NCBI GenBank assembly: GCA_904378075.1
Contig: CAJFHA010000004.1
Coordinates: 18,113-82,112 of the forward strand
Length of the DNA stretch: 64,000 nucleotides
Direction of reading: 5' to 3'
Source: Candidatus Gallimonas faecium
GTDB lineage: Bacteria > Bacillota > Clostridia > Christensenellales > Borkfalkiaceae
In this document: positions 47,927-55,288 of the stretch, piece after piece
How the letters are laid out: each line of letters begins with the position of its first letter
How positions within the stretch are numbered: the first letter of the stretch is position 1
Position numbers and translations under genes: made by a program
Notes under the pieces: model-generated
The model's input: only the letters and a program-made list of their open reading frames with translations
Told to the model about the DNA's origin: nothing
Database searches by the model: none

Positions 47927-50900
47927 TTACGCCTGTTCTTCGGAAGCGGGAACGACCTGCCAGCCGCCTTCGACTTCAGACAGTTCGAATCCTTCCGCAA
48001 GGTACGCCTTGACAAAATCGGAAGTAAACGTGCCGCCTGCGATCTCAATGGCGGGAGCATCCGCCGCAACGGTGAATCTGAGCGTAACGTCAAACGTACC
48101 CGTGCATCCGGCTTCGACCTTCCAGACCGTCTTGGACTGCCAGCCTTCCCACATATTCTGAGCGCCGTATTCGATCTTTCCGGAAACTTTGCCCGTGAAA
48201 TCGGACGCAAAGACCACGGAAACACCGTCTTCATAAGTCGTGCTCATTCCATACCAAAGGTCAAAAGCAACCCCTGCCGGATTCGTACTGCTTGCGATGA
48301 TCTGCGTGTTGCCCTTGATCGTCGTCGTGCCGCAGTTGCTGGAAACAACATACTGCATATTCGGATCATCGGATGCATCCAGCACCATGTCCTGCAACGT
48401 CAGATCATTGTACTTCTGAATGAGGATATATCCCTCCGTAGCCTCGCTCTTGACCGAACCGTTCATCATGACAACGGTGGAGCCCTTCAGAAGCTGGAAC
48501 AAATTGGTCTCCGTACCCGCAGAACCGACGGTGGGATCGACGCCAACAAACGTCTTGCCCGCGAAATCGATGACGATGTTCTGTCCCGCAGAAACCTTAA
48601 CGCCGCTGCCATAGACGGTATCCTCTGCGGCAATGAACGTGATCGTCTTCTGCGTGTTATCGGTGGGAACGTCGGCTACCGCATATCCGAGCGAGGAATA
48701 TGCCATGCTGTCCATCATAACGACCATGCCGGCAGCCGCCGCTTCCTCGGGCGTACCCACATAGTAGGTGCCGTCAACTTCCCATGCGACATAGCCTTCA
48801 CCAAGGAAGCTCTCGGCGGGATTTTCCGTTGTGCTGTTGGCGGGATTGTAGTTAACAAACGCGCCGCCCGTAACATTAAACGTCGATTGACTGTTGTCAA
48901 CTTTATTTAAAATCCACGTTCTATTATCATACGATCCGATTGCAGAGAAAGTACCGCCATGGATATTCGCCGTTGCCTTGTTGTCGATTTGAACCGCCGT
49001 CAGCCCACACACATATGTGCCACCCGTGATAGTGAGCGTAGGACTGGGATAAGCGGGTTGCGTAGAACCGAGTCTGAACAGGTAGCCGAGTTCAGAATCT
49101 TCGCTCTGTATCATGCTGCCGTTGCCAATCGTAAATACAACATTGTTGTAAATATCGATCAAGCCGTCCTGATTGAAATACATGGTATAGCCGTTCAAAT
49201 CAATGTTGACCGTGCGCTTCGGCATAAGCGGTCCCTGAAAGCGCAAGGTATCGTTGACCGTGATGTCGTTGCCGAGCGTAAGATCCAAATTGGAAGTAAT
49301 GGTGAGGGGCTGCATCAGAAGCACTTCAATGCCGGCTTTCGTAAATTCACTGAGCTGTGCAAGCGTATATGCGTATGCAACCGTATCTTTGAACGTGCCG
49401 CCCGTGATCTTATAGGTCACTTTCTCGGCAATCGAATAATCGCCGACTGTTCGGACAAACCCGACAAGGTCGCCCTCGAACGTACCGCCCGTGATCGTCG
49501 TCAGACCGTCGCCGATCATTTCCTGATTGTAACCACTCAAAACAGCCATGGGACTGCCGACAAATTCACCGCCGGAAATTGTAAGCACATCCCAATTCAA
49601 AACGGATGCCTGCGCAGCGTTTTCGAATCTGCCGCCCAGAATGGTCAGCTCGCACATACCGTCGTTCTTAACAACATTCAGACCGCCGCGGAACGTACCG
49701 CCCGTGATCGTAAGAGACGCATTTCCACTCAAATCCTGGGGACCGGAATTGTCGATCAGGCTGCTATAGCCGTCTTTCATAACGATCAGTCCGTCGTTCA
49801 GCGTTGCCGTGCCATGGTTGTAGAAGGTATACCAGCTGTTGCCGTTGCCGTTGCCGCCATCAGGATCGTAAGTACCGGCAGCCTTACTTCTGGTCAACGT
49901 ACCGCCGTTCATAGTAAACACGCCGCTTGGATTGTTGTAGACAGCCGCCGTTCCATGCGCCAAAGCATCGACCACGGTGCCCTCTTCGATCGTAAGCGTA
50001 CCGTTGTTGATAACGGTATGATCGACTCCCGCTTTACCGCCGTCCGACGTGAGCGCCGTACCGGAAATCGTTGCCTCTGCGCCCGCACCTACTGTCAGCG
50101 CCGTGCCGTTTTGATTGACGACCTTGCTGTTGGAAAGCGTAAGCGTGCCGCCATTGAGGGTGATTGCACCGTTTTCCACCATGGAATTGACGATGGTGAC
50201 GTTTGCGTTGGTCGCCGTGACGGAGCCCTTGAAGGTGACGCCGTCGAACATTGCCGTGCCGCCCTCGGCCTCGGTCGCCGCGTTGGAAAACGCCATGAGC
50301 GACATGGTGGAGATGCCTGCGATCTGATCGTCGGAGATGGTCACGCTGCCGTTGATGGTCGCGTCCTCGATGCTCGCGTTGGAGGTAGCCACGACGTTGC
50401 CTTCGACGGTGACGTCTTTGAGCGTGACGTTTGCGGGGATGTAAAGCGTGCCGTTATCCGCAGCCTCGATGGTGGTGAGCGATTCGCCCGCACCGACAAC
50501 GGCAAGCGGCTTGTCGCCGAGCTGCGCAGCTTCTTCCTGCGTCAGCCAGGTCGCGTTCACGTTTCTGCCGAGGGAGACCGTCTCGTTATTGGCCGCCTGC
50601 ACCATGGCTTCGGCAAGTGTTTCGTACGTCGTATCGCCCACGGAAATGGTGCCCGTGTAAGCGTTCGCCTGCAGCGCTTCCAGAACGACCGTCATGGAAA
50701 CGGACTGCGGCTCGGTCACGCCCTCGCCTTCGGCGGGATCGAACACTTCAAGCGCGCTCCAGGGAAGGCTGATCTCGAACGCGAGCGTCGCGTCCTCTTC
50801 GGGGATCGCCTGCCCCGCTTCCACCGTCTGCCAGTCGAGCAGGGAGACTTCGTCGTCCTCCAGCGACTTGTTCACGCCGTCCACGGAGAACTGAAGTGCC

Positions 50901-51310
50901 TGACGAAGTTCGCTGCCGCCCTCGCTTACAAGAACGGTGACGGAATACTTCATGTCCACCGCGCTTGCGTTGGTGACGGCAAGTTCGAATGCCGCGCCGT
51001 CGCCGAGGGACATGTTGTTGATCGTGATATTGCTGCCGTCCGTAATGGCAACCGTGCCGCCCTGCGGAAGGGTTGCCGTGTTGTCGATGACCGTCGCTTC
51101 TTCGCGTTCGTTCGTGGACTGCCCCTGCGACCACGCCTGCGTCAGAGTAAGCTCGCCCTGCACGTCGATCTTGCCCGTGTTGACGCCGATCTGGTACTCG
51201 CGTCTCGAGGTGAACAGCGCGAACGTCGCGCCCAAGATCACCGCAAGGCACATGACCACAACGAGCACGGAAAGAAGGATAGCTCTGCTTTTCGTCTGTT
51301 TGCTTTGCAT
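47927..51310 (-). CDS. Giant secreted protein A: TasA/camelysin-like N-domain plus ~900-aa beta-helix passenger
   Basis: 1127 aa: MQSKQTKSRAILLSVLVVVMCLAVILGATFALFTSRREY...LEALQANAYTG. This is followed by repeated NGGTLT / ITGGTF / NIDLNGYT turns. GAGGAG RBS. Confidence 0.8.
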   Translation of the reverse strand: MQSKQTKSRAILLSVLVVVMCLAVILGATFALFTSRREYQIGVNTGKIDVQGELTLTQAWSQGQSTNEREEATVIDNTATLPQGGTVAITDGSNITINNMSLGDGAAFELAVTNASAVDMKYSVTVLVSEGGSELRQALQFSVDGVNKSLEDDEVSLLDWQTVEAGQAIPEEDATLAFEISLPWSALEVFDPAEGEGVTEPQSVSMTVVLEALQANAYTGTISVGDTTYETLAEAMVQAANNETVSLGRNVNATWLTQEEAAQLGDKPLAVVGAGESLTTIEAADNGTLYIPANVTLKDVTVEGNVVATSNASIEDATINGSVTISDDQIAGISTMSLMAFSNAATEAEGGTAMFDGVTFKGSVTATNANVTIVNSMVENGAITLNGGTLTLSNSKVVNQNGTALTVGAGAEATISGTALTSDGGKAGVDHTVINNGTLTIEEGTVVDALAHGTAAVYNNPSGVFTMNGGTLTRSKAAGTYDPDGGNGNGNSWYTFYNHGTATLNDGLIVMKDGYSSLIDNSGPQDLSGNASLTITGGTFRGGLNVVKNDGMCELTILGGRFENAAQASVLNWDVLTISGGEFVGSPMAVLSGYNQEMIGDGLTTITGGTFEGDLVGFVRTVGDYSIAEKVTYKITGGTFKDTVAYAYTLAQLSEFTKAGIEVLLMQPLTITSNLDLTLGNDITVNDTLRFQGPLMPKRTVNIDLNGYTMYFNQDGLIDIYNNVVFTIGNGSMIQSEDSELGYLFRLGSTQPAYPSPTLTITGGTYVCGLTAVQIDNKATANIHGGTFSAIGSYDNRTWILNKVDNSQSTFNVTGGAFVNYNPANSTTENPAESFLGEGYVAWEVDGTYYVGTPEEAAAAGMVVMMDSMAYSSLGYAVADVPTDNTQKTITFIAAEDTVYGSGVKVSAGQNIVIDFAGKTFVGVDPTVGSAGTETNLFQLLKGSTVVMMNGSVKSEATEGYILIQKYNDLTLQDMVLDASDDPNMQYVVSSNCGTTTIKGNTQIIASSTNPAGVAFDLWYGMSTTYEDGVSVVFASDFTGKVSGKIEYGAQNMWEGWQSKTVWKVEAGCTGTFDVTLRFTVAADAPAIEIAGGTFTSDFVKAYLAEGFELSEVEGGWQVVPASEEQA

Positions 51311-51429
51311 GTTTCTATTCTCCTCATTATAATTTTCGTTTTATATGCACGGCGTTCCCCCTTTGCGGACTTGCGCCGTCGTTTCTTGTGCTTTGTTGCT
51401 CCTTAAAATGACGGGAACCGCCGAAAACG

Positions 51430-52086
51430 TCAGTTCAGTCCGAGCGCCTCGTTCAGATCGGCGTCGGATGCGTTCGCCTGACCCGCATAGATCGTGAACT
51501 CGATGGAAGCGTTCGTGATGAAGTCCTCCGCCGCGCCGTCGTCCCCGAAGGTCTGTTCGGCGTCTTTATCGAGCTCCACGGTAATCTCGAGCGTGACGGA
51601 ACTTCCGGGCGCGATCTCCGTTTCCGCCCAGGTCCCGAACGAAAATGCGCCGCCGCCTTCCGCCGTGATCGCATAGTTCAAGCTGTCTTCCGCGCCTTCC
51701 GCGCCCGTGACGCTTGGCGTGTAGTCCACGCGGAACCGCGCGGCGGATTTACCCGTGTTGGTGATGGTGAGCGTGAACTCCGCCTTATCCCCCGGGACCA
51801 TCTGCGACAGCGAAATGCTGCCGTTCTGCCCGTCGATGGAGGCGCTGCCGCCCGTTGCGAAATTCAGGCTGCCCGTGGGCTGTGCGTCCGTGCTCTCGGG
51901 CGTCAGACTGTACAGCGTCAGGCTGTCCGTGTCAAACTCGGCGGCAATGTCCACGCTGCCCGTTGTGACGGTCACTTCGCGCTGTTTCTGCGTGCCGAAG
52001 AGCGCAAACGTGGCGCCGACGATGATCGCCGCGCACAGCAGGACGGTGAGTCCCGCCGTCAGCAAAGCCGTTCTCTTGCTTTTCAT
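51430..52086 (-). CDS. TasA/camelysin-like secreted fibre-subunit candidate (218 aa)
   Basis: N-terminus MKSKRTALLTAGLTVLLCAAIIVGATFALFGTQKQREVTVTTGSVDI, parallel to TasA GGGTWAAFND...ASGTLDL. Beta-rich body. Confidence 0.75.
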   Translation of the reverse strand: MKSKRTALLTAGLTVLLCAAIIVGATFALFGTQKQREVTVTTGSVDIAAEFDTDSLTLYSLTPESTDAQPTGSLNFATGGSASIDGQNGSISLSQMVPGDKAEFTLTITNTGKSAARFRVDYTPSVTGAEGAEDSLNYAITAEGGGAFSFGTWAETEIAPGSSVTLEITVELDKDAEQTFGDDGAAEDFITNASIEFTIYAGQANASDADLNEALGLN

Positions 52087-52132
52087 ATCCCTTTATCTCC
52101 TTATATGAAGATTTTTTTCTTATAACAAAGGC

Positions 52133-52795
52133 TCAGACCTTCTGCGTCGCCGTTACGGTGACGTTGAAAGAAAGGTCCGCGTTCATGATGGTCGCGCCCG
52201 TTCCGTCGTCGAGCACGTCCGATTCCAGAGGAAGTTCGACCTTCAGCAAAAAGGTCCGCGTTTCGTTTGCCGCGGAGACCGAACCGAGCGGGAGCGCGCC
52301 GCGCTCTACCATGCCCGCAAGCGTGGTGCCGGGATCGGTGAGCACGTTGCCCTCCGCGTCCGTGACCGTAACGAGCAGTTTGCCGGCAAGACGCTGTTCG
52401 GGAGAATTGTCCGCAGGCGTTTCGGCGTAAAAGAATGCGACCGAATAGTCGAACGCCACGCTGCCGCGGTTTTCGATCTCGAGCGTCGCTTCCTGCCAGA
52501 CGCCGGGAACGCTGTTGCCGCCGAACGTAAAGACGGTATCGTCCGGATCGTCCGTCTGCGCTTCGGTGAGGTCAACGCGCGCCGTATCGGTGGCGACCGC
52601 CTGCAGGACGCCGTTCTCATCCGCCGTGCGTCCCGTCAGATTGGTGCGCGCCAATCCGATCTCCAGCGTGCCCGCCTGCAGGTAATTGACGACCGTCGCC
52701 GAATCGGAAAACAGCGCGAAGGACGCCGTGACCAGAATGACGGCGCTCATCAGCGCGACGAGAACGGACATGACGATGGCTTTGGATTTGTTCAT
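52133..52795 (-). CDS. TasA/camelysin-like secreted fibre-subunit candidate (220 aa)
   Basis: N-terminus MNKSKAIVMSVLVALMSAVILVTASFALFSDSATVVNYLQAGTLEIGL, the closest match in the window to the TasA signal/N-terminal motif. Confidence 0.78.
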   Translation of the reverse strand: MNKSKAIVMSVLVALMSAVILVTASFALFSDSATVVNYLQAGTLEIGLARTNLTGRTADENGVLQAVATDTARVDLTEAQTDDPDDTVFTFGGNSVPGVWQEATLEIENRGSVAFDYSVAFFYAETPADNSPEQRLAGKLLVTVTDAEGNVLTDPGTTLAGMVERGALPLGSVSAANETRTFLLKVELPLESDVLDDGTGATIMNADLSFNVTVTATQKV

Positions 52796-52810
52796 ACCGC
52801 CCTCCTTGCC

Positions 52811-53683
52811 TTATTCTTCGGCGGGCGGCGTCGCGGGCTGCGCGCTCTCTTCTTCCGCAGGCTGCTGCGCAGGCGGTTCTGCTTCCGATGCCTGCTGCTG
52901 CGCCGCGGCGGCTTCCTCCGCCGCCTTCTTTTCGGCTTCGCGCTTGAGCCTGCGCTGTTCGCGGCGGGCGGCTTTCTTTTCCTCCTCGCGGCGGGCGCGC
53001 TCCTCTGCGAAGTCGCTGTATGTAATATCGATGATGTTCTTGATATGGTCGATGGTCTCCGCCGATTCCACGCGCACGTCGATGGGCTTTTCCTTGATGT
53101 TCAGCCCCTCTTTGTCCGTGTAGGCGATGAAATCGTTGTTCTGCACGGTCAGGCGCGCCGTGATGCGGCCGCGGCGCAGCAGGATGCGGACGAGCAGCTT
53201 CTTTCCGTAATAGACGCTCGCGCTCCTGTCGTTGATGACTTTCTTTGCGCCCTCTTTGGCTTCGGCATACGCGACGATCTCGTCCACGCAACTCTTTTCG
53301 ATGGGCGAGAGCTGTTCGTACGCTTCGGGATAGGGCACCGTCTCGTTGCGGCGCAGAAGGACCATGCCCTCGGTATCGACGGGCTCCTCCTCCGGCTCTT
53401 CTTCAACCTCCGGCTCCTCAACGGGCGCGGGCGGTTCCTCGGTCGGTGCGGGCTGCGGTGCGGGCTCTTCGACCGGCTGCGGCACGGTACGGGAAGCGGC
53501 TTCGGCGATCGCCGCCTTATCCCCGACGCGCACAAGCACATACGCCGTATCGTCCACGACGACGACTCTGCCCGCATCCCCCTCTTTCTTCGCGCGCGCA
53601 AGCGAGACGATCAGCCAGACGACGAGCGCCAGAGCGACGACGCAAATGAGTACGACGCACACGATGAACAATGCTTGAGTCAT
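52811..53683 (-). CDS. Membrane-anchored protein of unknown function (TM, P/E-rich spacer, globular core, K/E/R-rich then A/Q/P/E-rich tail)
   Basis: 290 aa. ATGA overlap with the sipW stop. Composition is unlike an antisense shadow. Confidence 0.7.
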   Translation of the reverse strand: MTQALFIVCVVLICVVALALVVWLIVSLARAKKEGDAGRVVVVDDTAYVLVRVGDKAAIAEAASRTVPQPVEEPAPQPAPTEEPPAPVEEPEVEEEPEEEPVDTEGMVLLRRNETVPYPEAYEQLSPIEKSCVDEIVAYAEAKEGAKKVINDRSASVYYGKKLLVRILLRRGRITARLTVQNNDFIAYTDKEGLNIKEKPIDVRVESAETIDHIKNIIDITYSDFAEERARREEEKKAARREQRRLKREAEKKAAEEAAAAQQQASEAEPPAQQPAEEESAQPATPPAEE

Positions 53684-54429
53684 TTTTCTTCACCTCTCTT
53701 TAATTCCTCCAGCTCCGCGCGCAGGCGCTCGATCTCCCGCTCGCGGGCATCCGATTCCTCTTGCTGCTTCCGATGCCTGTCCGCGCGCACGATGCGCGCG
53801 ATATTGAAAATTTCGTAAATCAGAATGAGTGCCGCGGGCACGATGAGGCACACCACGATGCCCGTCGTCGAACACAGGAAATACAGGAATGCGCCCAGCC
53901 CGTAATTGCTCCAGGTCACTTTGCCGATGACGTCGTCCTCGCCGATCGGCTGCGCGTCGGGGGCATCGTTGGCGTCTCCCTGCGTGGTGAACGTAAAGCC
54001 CGTTTCCGTCCCGTTTATTTCAACAATGCGGTGGGTATTGACGACGGGATCGTCCTGCGTCCCCGTGCGCGTCCAGTCATTGAACGTGATGATGTCGCCC
54101 ACCTGCAGCGATGCGAAAAATTCCTGCCGCTGCGCCTCGTCCTCGGGCGCGACCTGAATGCCCACAATGGAGCGGGTGCGGAGGGAATCCTCCCGATCGC
54201 CCTCCATGGAGCCCGTGAGCACGATGCGGTACTGCATGCCGCCGACGGTCAGCGTCTCGCCCTGCGCGCGGTAGCAGATCGCAACGATGAGCGCGGCGAC
54301 CGCCGCGACCAGCACGACGGCGATCACGATGCCCGAAACGACGGACAAGACGCGCGCCGCGCCGCTCTTTTTTCTGCCTGCGGCAGGTTCGTCCCCCGCC
54401 GGCATGGGAGCCATCACGGGCGCCGTCAT
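53680..54429 (-). CDS. sipW: Signal peptidase I, archaeal/ER type (SipW-like)
   Basis: Track ORF 53680..54468. The ATG at 54429 overlaps the upstream stop (ATGA). LTGSMEG (Ser), NTHRIVEI (His) and QGDANDAPD boxes. Second TM plus a charged coiled-coil tail. Confidence 0.82.
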   Translation of the reverse strand: MTAPVMAPMPAGDEPAAGRKKSGAARVLSVVSGIVIAVVLVAAVAALIVAICYRAQGETLTVGGMQYRIVLTGSMEGDREDSLRTRSIVGIQVAPEDEAQRQEFFASLQVGDIITFNDWTRTGTQDDPVVNTHRIVEINGTETGFTFTTQGDANDAPDAQPIGEDDVIGKVTWSNYGLGAFLYFLCSTTGIVVCLIVPAALILIYEIFNIARIVRADRHRKQQEESDAREREIERLRAELEELKRGEEK

Positions 54430-54887
54430 ACAGCGCCCTCCAGCGCATACTGCGCCGTAACGGTGCATGCCGCGCCCTGCGCCTCGTTGCCGACGCCGGC
54501 GTCCATGCGATAGGTCACCGTAAAGGCAAATTCACCCTCGACGTCCGCGCGGTATTCCTTGCCCGCGCAGTCCGCGAGCCCGCCATCATACAGCACCTCG
54601 TCTCCCGCCGCAATGCGGACGGAGAGGAAGCGGGCGAGCGCGCCGTCGTCCGCCGTCAGCGAAACGACAAGCGAAGCAGGGGAAGCGGACTCCCCCCGAT
54701 AGGAACAGGCGCGCTCCTGCCCGGGCGCAAGGCCGTCGATGACGACCTCCTCGCGGAAGGTATCCCCTTCGCCCTCGAGCGCCAGCCCGTTGTTCTGATT
54801 GGTCATGAGATATGCTGCGCCCAGTCCCGTGCAGACGAGCACGACGGCAAGAGCGGCAATGAGTACGATCAGCGCAGACTTTTTCAT
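54426..54887 (-). CDS. Small secreted beta-rich protein, first gene of the operon (positional analogue of TapA)
   Basis: 153 aa: MKKSALIVLIAALAVVLVCTGLGAAYLMTNQ signal-like N-terminus. GGGAG RBS. Confidence 0.7.
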   Translation of the reverse strand: MKKSALIVLIAALAVVLVCTGLGAAYLMTNQNNGLALEGEGDTFREEVVIDGLAPGQERACSYRGESASPASLVVSLTADDGALARFLSVRIAAGDEVLYDGGLADCAGKEYRADVEGEFAFTVTYRMDAGVGNEAQGAACTVTAQYALEGAV

Positions 54888-54999
54888 GAGCGATCTCCCG
54901 TATCGGAACGGTGGGAATCCCGGACATGGGTCCCGCCGTCAGGCGCGCCTCGCGCATATACGCGCGGAGCGTTTTTTTCTCCGACACTTTTACGCTTAT

Positions 55000-55030
55000 A
55001 TTATAACATACACCCCCCCCCGATTGTCAA
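55000..55030 (-). promoter_or_regulatory. Fibre-operon promoter, TTGACA-19 nt (contains G9)-TATAAT with TG extension
   Basis: Minus strand reads TTGACAATCGGGGGGGGGTGTATGTTATAAT. -35 at 55030-55025 and -10 at 55005-55000, about 113 nt upstream of the ATG at 54887. Confidence 0.6.
55013..55021. repeat. C9/G9 homopolymer
   Basis: Nine consecutive C on the plus strand. This agrees with the track translation ...TYTPPR (ACC CCC CCC CGA). It is the longest G/C run I noticed in the window. Confidence 0.9.
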
Positions 55031-55249
55031 CTATCATTCAATATTTTCAAGAGCGGCGGACGCGGACGCGTTTTGACCGAAATTGTCGCAAAATGAGCGG
55101 AACGCTCCGCGGAAACTGTAAAAATCCGGGGTTTTCCGGACACAAAAGAAAAAAATATCCGAAAAAATTTTCTTTCACACGTCGCGCACTTTTTACGACA
55201 CCGCCTGCGAAAGGCGCGCAAAGCACCCCCGGAGCATGCAAAAAAGCCT

Positions 55250-55278
55250 TTGCATTCGGGCGCGCTTTCTGCTATAAT
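55250..55278 (+). promoter_or_regulatory. Promoter, TTGCAT-17 nt-TATAAT, only 10 nt before the HD-protein ATG
   Basis: TTGCAT at 55250-55255 and TATAAT at 55273-55278, then AGAGGGCGTT and the ATG. Confidence 0.5.
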
Positions 55279-55288
55279 AGAGGGCGTT

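Noticed and set aside
44364-51406. 1119-aa and 815-aa plus-strand ORFs opposite the giant fibre genes.
   Set aside because: Their composition is a shadow type (R/D/G/A-rich, with no signal peptide or repeats). The minus frames show coherent signal peptides, TasA-like motifs and beta-helix periodicity.
51311-51429. Internal promoter (TTATAAT) just upstream of giant gene A.
   Set aside because: The -10-like hexamer lies only ~14 nt from the ATG, overlapping the RBS region. It has no acceptable -35 at 16-19 nt, so it is probably fortuitous AT-rich sequence.
54888-54999. c-di-GMP riboswitch in the 5' UTR of the fibre operon.
   Set aside because: This would be biologically plausible for a fibre or adhesin locus. 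However, I could not find GEMM-I or GEMM-II conserved segments, only generic GC hairpins.
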